A DNA stretch of 62,787 nt, filler included. It is 4 parts of 4 records of this genome, joined end to end, with 100 filler letters (N's around TTAATTAATTAA, not from the genome) between each part and the next. Parts side by side here need not be neighbours in the genome. Positions count along the whole stretch, not along the records: positions 33,975 to 52,282 come from SRR22947725_1387; 3 more parts are not named here. One strand, given 5' to 3'. Below the pieces are notes generated by a model. It had not been told where the DNA came from, ran no database searches, and was given only the letters and a program-made list of their open reading frames with translations. The position numbers and the translations under genes are program-made. Shown here piece by piece: positions 41,786-52,382 of this stretch. The first letter of the stretch is position 1. Each line of letters opens with the position of its first letter.

Positions 41786-42235
41786 ATGAACAAGATTAGA
41801 ATTACTAAACAATTTAATTTTGAAACAGGACATGCATTGTATGGCTATGACGGAGCGTGCAGAAATGTTCATGGACACAGTTATAAGCTTTTTGTAACTG
41901 TTGTAGGATCACCTAATAGCGATTCTAGTAATGTTAAATATGGAATGGTAATCGATTTTAAAGATTTAAAGAAAATAGTAAAGGAAGAGGTTGTTGATGT
42001 TTTTGATCATGCAACAGTTTTTAATAAAAACACTCCACACAAAGAACTAGCTATGACTTTAAAAAACAGTGGACACAAAGTTATTTTAGCTGATTATCAA
42101 CCAACATGTGAGCTACTTATTATTGACTTTGCTCACAAAATTAAAAAACGTCTTCCAGCCAATATTTCGCTTCACTCACTTAAATTACAAGAAACAGAAT
42201 CTTCATTTGCTAATTGGTATGAAAGTGATCAATAG
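41786..42235 (+). CDS. queD: 6-carboxytetrahydropterin synthase
   Basis: FETGHAL; CRNVHGHSY; GMVIDF; FDH; PTCE; ET. Confidence 0.9.
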   Translation: MNKIRITKQFNFETGHALYGYDGACRNVHGHSYKLFVTVVGSPNSDSSNVKYGMVIDFKDLKKIVKEEVVDVFDHATVFNKNTPHKELAMTLKNSGHKVILADYQPTCELLIIDFAHKIKKRLPANISLHSLKLQETESSFANWYESDQ

Positions 42236-43016
42236 TTTCATAAACATAGATTTAAAGAAAGACGAAAAAATATATTTTTCATCTGACAATCATTTGGGTG
42301 CCCCAGATCATTCAAGTAGTTTAACTAGAGAAAAAAGGTTTGTTAATTGGCTAGATTCAATAAAGCATGATGCAAAAGTTGTTTTTTTATTAGGAGATTT
42401 ATTTGATTTTTGGTTTGAATATAAAAAAGTTGTTCCTAAAGGTTTTGTTAGGACTTTAGGTAAACTAGCTGAATTGTCTGACTCAGGAATTAAAATTTAT
42501 TTTTTTGTAGGAAATCACGATTTATGGATGAATGGTTATTTTGAGGAGGAGCTTAATATTTCAGTTTTTCATAAACCTCAAAATTTTTCGATTTCTGATA
42601 AAAAATTTCTTATTGGGCATGGAGATGGTTTAGGTCCTGGAGACATAGGGTTTAAAAGAATGAAAAAAGTTTTTTCAAATTCATTATGTAAATTTTTATT
42701 TAAATGGATTCACCCAGACATAGGCGTTAGTCTAGCCCAATATCTTTCAAATAAAAACAAACTTATTTCGGGGGTTGATGATCTTGAATATAAAGGAGAT
42801 GACAATGAATGGCTTGTACAGTATGCTAAAAGAAAAATGACTCAAATTGAATATGATTATTTTATCTTTGGACACAGGCATATGCCTTTGGAGGTAAGTC
42901 TCAACAATAATTCTAAATATTTTAATCTTGGGGATTGGATTTCGTATTATTCTTACGCAGAATTTGATGGCAAAACAGTCGAATTAAAATATTTTAAAAA
43001 CCTTTCTGATAAATAA
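42219..43016 (+). CDS. lpxH: UDP-2,3-diacylglucosamine hydrolase (LpxH-like metallophosphoesterase)
   Basis: SDNHLG; LGDLFDFW; GNHD; HGDG; FGHRH; NLGDW. Confidence 0.88.
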   Translation: MKVINSFINIDLKKDEKIYFSSDNHLGAPDHSSSLTREKRFVNWLDSIKHDAKVVFLLGDLFDFWFEYKKVVPKGFVRTLGKLAELSDSGIKIYFFVGNHDLWMNGYFEEELNISVFHKPQNFSISDKKFLIGHGDGLGPGDIGFKRMKKVFSNSLCKFLFKWIHPDIGVSLAQYLSNKNKLISGVDDLEYKGDDNEWLVQYAKRKMTQIEYDYFIFGHRHMPLEVSLNNNSKYFNLGDWISYYSYAEFDGKTVELKYFKNLSDK

Positions 43017-44212
43017 TGATTGAAAAATCATCTGTAAGTTTAGAGCGTACTGTTCTGGTAGGAATTATTACTTTAAATCAACCAAAACACGTACTGGAAG
43101 AATATTTGAACGAACTCAATTTTCTTACATACACAGCAGGAGGAACTGTAATAAAAAGATTTACACAGAAAATGAACTCTCCCGATCCTAAAACTTTTTT
43201 AGGCAAAGGTAAAATGGATGAATTGTCAAGTTACATTAAAATACACGATATAAACTCTGTAATTTTTGACGATGAACTTAGCCCAGCTCAACAAGCAAAT
43301 ATTGAAAAATTTTTGAAATGTAAAATAGTTGATAGAACTGGTCTTATACTAGATATTTTTGCTCAAAGAGCACAAACCAGTTACGCAAGAAATCAAGTTG
43401 AATTGGCACAATATCAATATATCTTACCAAGATTAAAAGGCCTTTGGACTCACCTTGAGCGACAAAAGGGTGGTATTGGGATGAGAGGGCCTGGAGAAAC
43501 TGAAATAGAGACAGATAGAAGAATAGTTCGTAACAAAATAAACCTACTCAAAAAAAAGCTTGTTACAATAGATAAACAAATGTCTACTCAAAGAGGAAAT
43601 AGGGGATCTCTGGTTAGAGTTGCTTTAGTAGGCTATACAAATGTTGGAAAATCAACATTAATGAATTCTATTTCAAAAGCAAAAGTATTTGCAGAGGACA
43701 AATTATTTGCCACTTTGGACACAACGGTTAGAAAAGTTGTTATTGAAAACATGCCATTCTTGTTAACCGATACTGTAGGATTTATAAGAAAACTACCAAC
43801 GCAATTAGTAGATTCTTTTAAAAGTACGTTAACAGAAATAACAGAAGCAGATTTACTTGTTCATGTAGTCGATATTTCGCATTCAAATTTTAATGACCAT
43901 ATTGAATCTGTCAGCTTAATTTTAAACGAAATAAACTCTAGTGACAAGCCCTTTGTTATGGTTTTTAATAAAACGGATAAGTTTATGGAGAACAAAGAGT
44001 TAATTGAGGATGTAAATGATATGGATTATGAGAAAAACAGTATTGAAATTTTAAAGAAAAGCTTAAGAAAAAAGTATGATAAAATATTTTTTATGTCTGC
44101 CCTAAACAAAGAGGATATAAATATTTTTAGAAGAGATGTTTACAAAGAAATCAGAAAAATTCACATAACTAGATTTCCATATAATGCATTTTTATATCCT
44201 GATATTACTTAA
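43016..44212 (+). CDS. hflX: GTPase HflX
   Basis: GPGETEIETDRR; GYTNVGKST; LFATLDTT; DTVGFI; NKTD. Confidence 0.96.
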   Translation: MIEKSSVSLERTVLVGIITLNQPKHVLEEYLNELNFLTYTAGGTVIKRFTQKMNSPDPKTFLGKGKMDELSSYIKIHDINSVIFDDELSPAQQANIEKFLKCKIVDRTGLILDIFAQRAQTSYARNQVELAQYQYILPRLKGLWTHLERQKGGIGMRGPGETEIETDRRIVRNKINLLKKKLVTIDKQMSTQRGNRGSLVRVALVGYTNVGKSTLMNSISKAKVFAEDKLFATLDTTVRKVVIENMPFLLTDTVGFIRKLPTQLVDSFKSTLTEITEADLLVHVVDISHSNFNDHIESVSLILNEINSSDKPFVMVFNKTDKFMENKELIEDVNDMDYEKNSIEILKKSLRKKYDKIFFMSALNKEDINIFRRDVYKEIRKIHITRFPYNAFLYPDIT

Positions 44213-45112
44213 ATCTATATTACTCAAATCAATATTCAATCCTAATCCGAGAACTTCCCTTATTTGTACTCTTTTAATATCATTGTCATCATAAACAAAT
44301 TGAAAAATTAAATTAGTTGAAATGTATTGATTCACTTTCATAACAAAATTGAAGGTACAATCGAAATCTATATTTTGTGGACGATCTAAGTAATCAGAAT
44401 ATAAGCTCAATCTATTTTCTAGCGATACATTTTCAAAAATCTCTGATTTGTGATAAGCTCTAATGGAAGCTCCTAGTTCAAATCTGCTATTCCCTCCTTT
44501 TTTAACTCCAAAATAAGTTTGAGTTTCATTCAGATCTTCTGTGAAAAATCTATTTACTAAAATTAATTTTCCAGTCATTGGAGCAACGTTTACCCAAAAA
44601 TCTTTACTTTTTTTCCAATACAATCCTACACCTAATTGTAGTGTAGCAGGCGAAAAAAACCTTGATTTTTCGGTTCTATTAGGGTTTCCATTTGAATCCT
44701 TTCCAAATCTGTAACCTTTGGCAAATTGAGTTTGAAAATTAAAAAAACTTGAATAACTCCATTTTCCAATAATATCATTATTAAATTTTTTTCCTAAAAC
44801 TGAATTCACTTCAATTTTATCATCAGTTTTTTTTAAAAATTCACTTCCACTGATTTTATTTAATCCAAAATTGCTAATTAATTTGGTGTCCCAATCCCAA
44901 CCATTATCAGCATAATTAAAATTGTAATCAATTTTAAGAGTCCCAGAAATACTACTTTGACCCCCTGAGGTCCAATTACTAAAACTAGATTGATTAATTA
45001 AAAAAACTGCATTTCCTGAATTTTTCCATTTGGATTCTATCTCATCTTGAGAAAACAAAGGAGTGCTTATATATAAGAGGGTTAGTAATTGAAGTATTTT
45101 AAATTTCATCAA
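44192..45112 (-). CDS. DUF3078 family probable outer-membrane beta-barrel
   Basis: Signal peptide; NQSSFSNW..GG; KTDD; FQTQFAKGY; FFSPA; Q..EVLGLG. Confidence 0.8.
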   Translation of the reverse strand: MMKFKILQLLTLLYISTPLFSQDEIESKWKNSGNAVFLINQSSFSNWTSGGQSSISGTLKIDYNFNYADNGWDWDTKLISNFGLNKISGSEFLKKTDDKIEVNSVLGKKFNNDIIGKWSYSSFFNFQTQFAKGYRFGKDSNGNPNRTEKSRFFSPATLQLGVGLYWKKSKDFWVNVAPMTGKLILVNRFFTEDLNETQTYFGVKKGGNSRFELGASIRAYHKSEIFENVSLENRLSLYSDYLDRPQNIDFDCTFNFVMKVNQYISTNLIFQFVYDDNDIKRVQIREVLGLGLNIDLSNIDLSNIRI

Positions 45113-45624
45113 ACTTTATTTGAGGATTTGTAGATAGGCACTGAAGAACAGGCTTCTCCAAACATTATACTTTTAGCTTCTAACTGTAATTTTTCTAATA
45201 ATACAGAATATGCTAAAAGTGGAAGTTTTTGATCTGAACATCCTTTAATAATAACAGGTTTTCCCTTAAAAACTGAAAAATCAAAAACATCAACTATGTC
45301 AATTATTAATTTAATATTTAATACTTCTTTTGATCCAACAACATTTTTAACTCCGTGAGTATTCAGTTGTGAACTGATAAGAATGTACGCCCAATCAGGA
45401 ATTATAGCATCATTTGAACATGTTATATAAACTGCTTTATTTTCATATTTTCTCCAATCGAAATTTTTTACTTTTTCTCTAAAGTCTTTTTCTAAAAGAA
45501 ATAATTCATCTTTTAACCAAGGCTTTATGTCAAATGAAACTCTTTCAATTTTAGGAAAAAAAAGTTCTAAATCAATAGTCTCCAATTTACTATTAGCAAC
45601 TCTATTTATTATTTCTTGGGACAT
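45109..45624 (-). CDS. DUF2480 family protein
   Basis: IINRVANS; CSNDAIIPDWAY; IKGCS; IMFGEACSSVP. Confidence 0.82.
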   Translation of the reverse strand: MSQEIINRVANSKLETIDLELFFPKIERVSFDIKPWLKDELFLLEKDFREKVKNFDWRKYENKAVYITCSNDAIIPDWAYILISSQLNTHGVKNVVGSKEVLNIKLIIDIVDVFDFSVFKGKPVIIKGCSDQKLPLLAYSVLLEKLQLEAKSIMFGEACSSVPIYKSSNKV

Positions 45625-45935
45625 TATAAAAATCCAAGTTCTAATTTAGCTTCTTCGCTCATAAGATCTCTTGTCCAAGGCGGATCAAAAGTGAGTTCAA
45701 CTTTTGCTTCTGTCACTTCTTCAATAGACCTAACTTTATCTTCTACTTCCAATGGAAGAGTTTCTGCTACAGGACAATTTGGTGTTGTAAGGGTCATTAG
45801 TACTTTAACATGATTATCTTCATTTACAAAAACATCATATATCAATCCTAACTCATAAATATCAACAGGGATTTCAGGATCGTATATTGATTTAAGTACT
45901 TTTACAATTTTTTCTCCTAATTCGTTTGCATCCAT
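45624..45935 (-). CDS. DUF59/SufT Fe-S assembly protein
   Basis: DPEIPVDIYELGLIY; MTLTTPNCP; FDPPW. Confidence 0.92.
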   Translation of the reverse strand: MDANELGEKIVKVLKSIYDPEIPVDIYELGLIYDVFVNEDNHVKVLMTLTTPNCPVAETLPLEVEDKVRSIEEVTEAKVELTFDPPWTRDLMSEEAKLELGFL

Positions 45936-45939
45936 AATA

Positions 45940-46356
45940 TTAGTTTTTGTTAAATGCTAGAGCATAATATTTAATTTGTTTAATCATTGATAAAAGCCCG
46001 TTCGCCCTAGTTGGAGACAAGTGTTCTTTCAAACCAATTTTATCAATGAACTCAAGGTCAGCTTCAATAATATTTTTTGGAGTTTGATTTGAAAAAACTC
46101 TTAATAATACTGCGGCAATTCCTTTTGTTATAATTGCTTCACTATCTGCTTTAAAAATTAATTTATTTTCTTTAAGTTCAGCGTGAAGCCATAACTTACT
46201 TTGACATCCTTTTATTAAATTAGAATCAACCTTATTGCTTGGATCAATTAATTCAATCGATTTACCCAGCTCTATCATATATTCATAACGCTGCATCCAA
46301 TCTTCAAAAAGAGAGAATTCTTCAACGATTTCATTTTGAACTTCAATTATACCCAT
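45940..46356 (-). CDS. sufE: Cysteine desulfurase sulfur acceptor SufE
   Basis: W..RYEY.IELGK; IKGCQSKLW; DS.AIITKG; LSPTRANGL. Confidence 0.94.
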   Translation of the reverse strand: MGIIEVQNEIVEEFSLFEDWMQRYEYMIELGKSIELIDPSNKVDSNLIKGCQSKLWLHAELKENKLIFKADSEAIITKGIAAVLLRVFSNQTPKNIIEADLEFIDKIGLKEHLSPTRANGLLSMIKQIKYYALAFNKN

Positions 46357-46372
46357 GTTGTTTTATCAATAT

Positions 46373-46380
46373 CAAAGATA
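46373..46380 (-). promoter_or_regulatory. Possible internal Bacteroidota -7 promoter element for sufE and downstream genes
   Basis: TATCTTTG on the minus strand in the sufS-sufE gap. Confidence 0.45.
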
Positions 46381-46384
46381 CACA

Positions 46385-47602
46385 TTAGCTTAACATTGCT
46401 ATAGCTCTTTCTAATGATTTACAGAAATAATCAATTTCTTCTTTGGTATTATAAAAAGAGAATGAAGCTCTTACAGTGCCAGATATTCCGAAGTAATCCA
46501 TTACTGGCTGGGCACAGTGCTGTCCTGTTCTTACGGCAATTCCAAATTTATCTAAGATTGTGCCTATATCATACGAATGTAAATCACCTACATTAAATGA
46601 TATTACAGAAGTTTTATTTTTTGCTTCACCATATATTTTGAATCCTGGGATTTCTTTTAATTTATTTGTTGCATAATTTAAAAGATCAAGTTCATAAGAT
46701 TCAATATTACTAAAGCCAATATTATTTAAATAATCTAATGCCATCCCAAAACCAATAGCACCAACAATATTGGGTGTACCAGCTTCAAATTTGTGAGGAA
46801 GACCGGCGTATGTAGTTTTTTCAAATGTCACCTCAGAAATCATTTCACCACCACCTTGGTATGGAGGCATTTTGTTTAGCCATTCTTTTTTACCAAACAA
46901 CATTCCGATCCCAGTAGGACCACATAGTTTATGAGCTGAAGTTGTGTAAAAGTCAACATTTAATTCTTGTAGATCAGCTTTGATATGAGAACTGGCTTGA
47001 GCTCCATCAATTAAAACTGCAGCTCCAAATTCATGCGCTTTTGAAATTATTGATTTTATCGGATTAATTGTTCCCAAAGCATTAGACACGTGATTGACAA
47101 AAACTAATTTAGTTTTTTTAGAAAGCAGATTTAAAAACGAATCGTAATTAAGTTCTCCTTTACTTGTTAAAGGAATTACTTTAATTTTTGCCCCATTTTT
47201 TTCACACATCATTTGCCACGGAACAATATTTGAATGATGTTCAAGTTCAGAAATTAAAATTTCATCATCTTTACTTAGCAGATTAGTGAAACCGTTTGCA
47301 ACTAAATTTATTGAGTGTGTTGTTCCAGATGTTAAAATAATTTCATTTGAATCTTTAACATTAAAATGTTCTTGGATTTTTTTTCTAGCATCTTCGTATG
47401 CATCAGTAGCCTCTTGACTTATACTATGTACCCCACGATGAATGTTGGAATTATAATTTGAGTAATAATCTACAATACTATCAATAACTTTTGATGGTTT
47501 TTGACTTGTTGCAGCATTATCAAAATAAACAAGAGGATAGCCGTTTACTTTTCTTTTAAGTATTGGAAAATCTTCTCTTATTTTATTTACATCAAAAGCC
47601 AT
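46385..47602 (-). CDS. sufS: Cysteine desulfurase SufS
   Basis: YFDNAATSQKP; EHHSNIVPWQ; SAHKLCGPTG; VRTGQHCAQP. Confidence 0.95.
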   Translation of the reverse strand: MAFDVNKIREDFPILKRKVNGYPLVYFDNAATSQKPSKVIDSIVDYYSNYNSNIHRGVHSISQEATDAYEDARKKIQEHFNVKDSNEIILTSGTTHSINLVANGFTNLLSKDDEILISELEHHSNIVPWQMMCEKNGAKIKVIPLTSKGELNYDSFLNLLSKKTKLVFVNHVSNALGTINPIKSIISKAHEFGAAVLIDGAQASSHIKADLQELNVDFYTTSAHKLCGPTGIGMLFGKKEWLNKMPPYQGGGEMISEVTFEKTTYAGLPHKFEAGTPNIVGAIGFGMALDYLNNIGFSNIESYELDLLNYATNKLKEIPGFKIYGEAKNKTSVISFNVGDLHSYDIGTILDKFGIAVRTGQHCAQPVMDYFGISGTVRASFSFYNTKEEIDYFCKSLERAIAMLS

Positions 47603-47604
47603 AT

Positions 47605-48921
47605 TTAAAGATCAAACCCTAAGTCAACTCCAAGTTTGTTTGCAATTATTTTTTTAATTCTAGATTTAACAGATGGAATATTTACACTTTCAAGTACGTT
47701 ATTTGCGAATGCAAATGTTAACAATGCTTTTGCTTCTTTTTTAGGGATTCCTCTAGCTCTTAAATAAAATAAAGCATCTTGATCTAGTTGTCCAATTGTA
47801 CATCCATGCGAACATTTAACATCATCAGCAAAAATTTCTAACTGAGGTTTTGAGTTAATAGTGGATTTGTCTGTGAGTAAAATATTATTATTCTGTTGGA
47901 AAGCATTTGTTTTTTGAGCTATTTTGTCAACCACGATTTTACCATTAAACACACCAGTTGATTTTCCGGAGTATATGCCTTTATAATCTTGATGACTTTC
48001 ACAGTTAGGATTTGCATGATCTACAAGTGTATGATGATCAACCAATTGATTTTCATCAATGATTGTTATTCCCTTCATGATCGAATCTATATATGATCCT
48101 TTTTGAAAAAAGTTAAGATTATTTCTTGTTAATTTCCCCCCAAAAGAAAATGTGTGAACTTTAGCTACACTTTTTTTATGTTGAGATATGTATGTATTAT
48201 CTACTAATGAAGAAGTTAAATTATCGTTTTGAATTTTATAATAATCTAAAAGAGCATATTGATCAACAAAAATTTCAGTAACAGAATTGGTAAAAATCGG
48301 ATTACTTGTTAAGCTTTGGTGAGTTTCTATTATTTCGGCTTGAGAATTTTTTTCTAAAACAATTAGATTTCTAGGTTGTAGCATTAAAGCAGCCTCATTG
48401 CCAGTTGCAAAGTGAATGACTTCAACGGGTTTTTCTAATATTTTATTTTTAGGAATATGAATATAAACTCCTTCTTTTGAAAAAGCTGTATTTAATAGAG
48501 ATAAGGAATCTTTTTTGTTTACTGAAGAATCAAAATATTTGAATATTATTTCAGAATAAGCGGGTTTAGTTAATGCTGCAGAAAGTATACAAATATCAAC
48601 TCCGTCGTGACTGGTTTGAGAAAGAAACGGATCAAATAATCCATCTACAAAAACAAGTTTATACGTTTCTGTGTTATCGATAAAATAATTTTGAACGTTT
48701 TTAAATTCTAGTACATTTTTCTTTTTTGAAAAAACAGTGTAATCTTCTTTTAATACATTTTTTAGTGAAGTGTATTTCCAAGCTTCAAGCTTTTTGTTAG
48801 GGAATCCTAATTTTTCAAATTCTTTTATAGCTTCAGTTCTAATGTTATGAACAGGAGACTGAACATTAATATCTAGCTCAAATGCTAAAAATGACGAAAC
48901 TAATTTATCTGCTAATGACAT
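47605..48921 (-). CDS. sufD: Fe-S cluster assembly protein SufD
   Basis: EAWKYT; KPQLEIFADDVKCSHG; FYLRARGI. Confidence 0.95.
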   Translation of the reverse strand: MSLADKLVSSFLAFELDINVQSPVHNIRTEAIKEFEKLGFPNKKLEAWKYTSLKNVLKEDYTVFSKKKNVLEFKNVQNYFIDNTETYKLVFVDGLFDPFLSQTSHDGVDICILSAALTKPAYSEIIFKYFDSSVNKKDSLSLLNTAFSKEGVYIHIPKNKILEKPVEVIHFATGNEAALMLQPRNLIVLEKNSQAEIIETHQSLTSNPIFTNSVTEIFVDQYALLDYYKIQNDNLTSSLVDNTYISQHKKSVAKVHTFSFGGKLTRNNLNFFQKGSYIDSIMKGITIIDENQLVDHHTLVDHANPNCESHQDYKGIYSGKSTGVFNGKIVVDKIAQKTNAFQQNNNILLTDKSTINSKPQLEIFADDVKCSHGCTIGQLDQDALFYLRARGIPKKEAKALLTFAFANNVLESVNIPSVKSRIKKIIANKLGVDLGFDL

Positions 48922-48928
48922 TATTATT

Positions 48929-49666
48929 TTATTTTATCCAATCGTATCCTTTTTCTTCCAGCTCGTGAGCCAAACTCTTATCACCAGATTTAACAATTTT
49001 ACCCTCGTGTAAAACATGAACAAAATCAGGAATAATGTAATCCAGTAATCTTTGATAATGTGTAATAATTATTACTGCGTTATCTTTATTTTTAAGTTTA
49101 TTAACTCCGTTAGCAACTATTTTTAAAGCATCAATATCAAGTCCTGAATCTGTTTCGTCTAAAATAGAAAGACTAGGTTCTAGCATAGCCATCTGAAAAA
49201 TTTCATTTCTCTTTTTTTCACCACCAGAAAACCCTTCATTTAATGATCTAGATAAAAATCTAGAATCAATTTCTAAAAGCTCTGCTTTTTCTCTAATTTT
49301 TTTAAGCATTTTATTGGCAGGCATTTCACTTTCATTTCTAGCTTTTAAATTTGAATTTATAGCTGTTTTGATGAAATTAGTAACAGTTACACCTGGAATT
49401 TCTATAGGATATTGAAATGACAGAAAAATTCCTTTATGAGCTCTTTCTTCAGCCGCAAGCTCAATTATATTTTCGTTTTTAAAAACAATATCACCTTTGG
49501 TAACCTCATAATCTTCATTTCCAGCTATCACGGATGAAAGTGTGCTTTTCCCAGATCCGTTAGGTCCCATAATAGCATGAATTTCACCGGCTTTAACGTC
49601 TAGATTAATTCCATTTAAAATTGGCTTTCCTTCAACACTTACGTGTAAATTATCTATACTTAACAT
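48929..49666 (-). CDS. sufC: Fe-S cluster assembly ATPase SufC
   Basis: GPNGSGKST; FSGGEKKRNE; LDETDSGLDIDAL; ITHYQRLL. Confidence 0.97.
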   Translation of the reverse strand: MLSIDNLHVSVEGKPILNGINLDVKAGEIHAIMGPNGSGKSTLSSVIAGNEDYEVTKGDIVFKNENIIELAAEERAHKGIFLSFQYPIEIPGVTVTNFIKTAINSNLKARNESEMPANKMLKKIREKAELLEIDSRFLSRSLNEGFSGGEKKRNEIFQMAMLEPSLSILDETDSGLDIDALKIVANGVNKLKNKDNAVIIITHYQRLLDYIIPDFVHVLHEGKIVKSGDKSLAHELEEKGYDWIK

Positions 49667-49680
49667 ATTTTATTTTTTAA

Positions 49681-51126
49681 TTATCCCACCGAACCTTCGA
49701 GTGAAATTTCTAATAATTTTTGTGCTTCAACGGCAAATTCCATTGGAAGCTTATTTAATACTTCTTTACTAAATCCATTTACAATTAATGCTATCGCTTT
49801 TTCGGTATCAATTCCTCTTTGGTTACAATAGAAAATTTGATCTTCACCTATTTTACTAGTTGAAGCCTCGTGTTCAACAATTGCAGTTTTATTTTTTGCT
49901 TCGATGTAAGGAAAAGTATGTGCACCACATTTATTACCCATTAGCAATGAATCACATTGAGAAAAATTTCTAGCATTTTCAGCTCTAGAATTTATTTGAA
50001 CTAACCCTCTGTAGCTGTTTTGAGATTTCCCTGCAGAAATTCCTTTCGAAATGATTGTGCTTTTAGTGTTTTTACCTAAGTGTATCATTTTTGTTCCAGT
50101 ATCAGCCTGTTGATAATTGTTAGTTACGGCAATTGAGTAAAACTCTCCAACACTATTGTCACCTTTTAAAATACAAGAAGGATATTTCCATGTAACTGCA
50201 GAGCCAGTCTCGACTTGTGTCCACGAAATTTTTGAATTAGTACCACAGATTCCTCTTTTGGTAACAAAATTGTAAACTCCACCTTTTCCGTTTTTATTTC
50301 CAGGAAACCAGTTTTGAACAGTTGAATACTTAATCTCTGAACCATCTAATGCGATTAACTCTACAACTGCAGCATGAAGTTGATTTTCATCTCTTGATGG
50401 AGCTGTGCAGCCTTCTAGATAACTTACGTAACTGTCTTTATCCGCAACAACAAGAGTTCTTTCAAATTGTCCTGTTCCTGCTTGATTTATTCTAAAGTAT
50501 GTAGAAAGTTCCATTGGACATTTAACGCCCTTAGGGATGTAGCAAAAACTACCATCACTAAACACCGCACTGTTGAGCGCAGCATAGTAATTGTCTGTTC
50601 TTGGAATAACTGTTCCAATATATTTTTTAACGAGTTCAGGATGTTCTTTGATGGCCTCGGATATGCTCATAAAAATAATTCCTTTTTCTCCTAAAGTCTT
50701 TTTAAAAGTGGTGGCAACCGATACTGAGTCAACTACAATATCCATTGCAACGTTATTCATTTTTTTTTGTTCATCTACGGAGATGCCTAATTTTTTGTAC
50801 ATCGCCAATAAGTCAGGATCAACATCGTCAAGTGTTTTGTTAGGGTCCACAACAGTTGGAGCTGAGTAATAAGCAATTGCTTGAAAGTCCGGTTTTTGAT
50901 ACTTTACATTTGCCCAATCTGGCTCCTCCATATTTTTCCAAACTTTGTAAGCTTCTAGCCTCCACTCTGTCATCCATTCAGGCTCTTCTTTTTTCTTTGA
51001 AATTGCTCTAACAATAGATTCGTCTAGTCCAACAGGAAATGTTTCAGAATCTATATCCGTGTAAAAACCATATTCGTATTCCTTGGTTTCTAATTCTTTT
51101 TTTAATTCCTCTTCTGTATAAGCCAT
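49681..51126 (-). CDS. sufB: Fe-S cluster assembly protein SufB
   Basis: [41 protein letters not shown]. Confidence 0.97.
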   Translation of the reverse strand: MAYTEEELKKELETKEYEYGFYTDIDSETFPVGLDESIVRAISKKKEEPEWMTEWRLEAYKVWKNMEEPDWANVKYQKPDFQAIAYYSAPTVVDPNKTLDDVDPDLLAMYKKLGISVDEQKKMNNVAMDIVVDSVSVATTFKKTLGEKGIIFMSISEAIKEHPELVKKYIGTVIPRTDNYYAALNSAVFSDGSFCYIPKGVKCPMELSTYFRINQAGTGQFERTLVVADKDSYVSYLEGCTAPSRDENQLHAAVVELIALDGSEIKYSTVQNWFPGNKNGKGGVYNFVTKRGICGTNSKISWTQVETGSAVTWKYPSCILKGDNSVGEFYSIAVTNNYQQADTGTKMIHLGKNTKSTIISKGISAGKSQNSYRGLVQINSRAENARNFSQCDSLLMGNKCGAHTFPYIEAKNKTAIVEHEASTSKIGEDQIFYCNQRGIDTEKAIALIVNGFSKEVLNKLPMEFAVEAQKLLEISLEGSVG

Positions 51127-51135
51127 ATTATAAGT

Positions 51136-51465
51136 TTATAATGAAAAACTTTCGCCACATCCACACGTTCTATTCGCGTTGGGATTGTTAAAAACAAAAC
51201 CCTTACCATTTAATCCGCCAGAGAATTCAAGTGTTGTTCCAATCAGATATAAAAAACTTTTTTTATCTACAATAATTTTAACTCCATTATCTTCATAAAT
51301 TTTATCGTCTTCATTCGTTTTGTTGTCAAAATTTAGATCGTACGATAATCCCGAACAGCCTCCACTTTTAACACCAACTCTAACGTAATCCTCGTTGTAG
51401 CTGAAGCCATCAGCTTTCATAAGCTTAATTACTTGAGTTTTTGCCTGTTGTGAAACTTTAATCAT
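51136..51465 (-). CDS. A-type Fe-S carrier (SufA/IscA/HesB)
   Basis: GGCSGLSY; NPNA..TCGCGESF. Confidence 0.95.
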   Translation of the reverse strand: MIKVSQQAKTQVIKLMKADGFSYNEDYVRVGVKSGGCSGLSYDLNFDNKTNEDDKIYEDNGVKIIVDKKSFLYLIGTTLEFSGGLNGKGFVFNNPNANRTCGCGESFSL

Positions 51466-51487
51466 TTTAATTAATCTAAATATTTTG

Positions 51488-51592
51488 CAAATATAATCTA
51501 TTTATGTTTTTTAACCTCAATATTTATCTAGATTACCCCATTTAGTTTGTTTGAGATAAGATTCAATAATAATGCCAATTAAATTATATTTG
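51488..51592. promoter_or_regulatory. Divergent pair of Bacteroidota -7 promoter elements (suf operon and thiL)
   Basis: TATATTTG on the minus strand at 51488-51495 and on the plus strand at 51585-51592, each just upstream of a start codon. Confidence 0.65.
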
Positions 51593-51605
51593 CAAAAAAA
51601 ATAAA

Positions 51606-52282
51606 TTGGAAAAAGAAAAGAAAAACAACGATTTAACCTCCATTTCTGAACTAGGAGAATTTAGGTTGATTGAAGAAATCACTAAAACATTTGAAATTAT
51701 CAATGATTCAACTGATTTAGGAATTGGAGATGATGCAGCGGTTTTAGATTTTAAAGGAGATAAAGTATTGGTTTCTACTGACATGTTAGTAGAAGGAGTT
51801 CATTTCGATCTAGCCTACACACCTTTAAAACATTTGGGTTACAAATCTGTTATTTCAAATCTTTCTGATATTTATGCTATGAATGGCATTTGTACTCAAA
51901 TAACAGTAAGTATTGCCCTTTCAAATAGATTTACTCTTGAATCAGTTGAAGAACTTTATTTAGGTATTCGCGCAGCTTGTAAAAAATTCAAAATTGATCT
52001 TGTTGGTGGAGACACTACTAGTTCTAATAAGGGTCTTATAATCAGCATTTCAGCTATTGGCCGTTCTGTAAATAAAACAATAACTAAAAGAGCTGGAGCT
52101 AAAGAAAATGATCTTTTGGTTGTTTCGGGAGATTTAGGAAGTGCCTATATGGGTTTACAAATATTAAAACGAGAAAATGAGGTTTTTAAAGTTAATCCTA
52201 AAAATCAACCTGATCTTTCAGCTTATGCTTATCTTTTACAAAGACAATTAAAACCTGAAGCAAGAAAAGATGTTATTGACTT
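51606..52282 (+). CDS. thiL: Thiamine-monophosphate kinase, 3' truncated
   Basis: GEFRLI; GIGDDAAV; STDMLVEGVHF; NLSDIYAM; GGDTT; SGDLG. Confidence 0.94.
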
Positions 52283-52382
52283 NNNNNNNNNNNNNNNNNN
52301 NNNNNNNNNNNNNNNNNNNNNNNNNNTTAATTAATTAANNNNNNNNNNNNNNNNNNNNNNNNNNNNNNNNNNNNNNNNNNNN
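52283..52382. other. Artificial contig spacer
   Basis: Ns plus TTAATTAATTAA. Confidence 0.98.

Noticed and set aside
44192-44212. 21-nt convergent overlap of hflX and DUF3078
   Set aside because: Short 3' overlaps are ordinary in compact genomes
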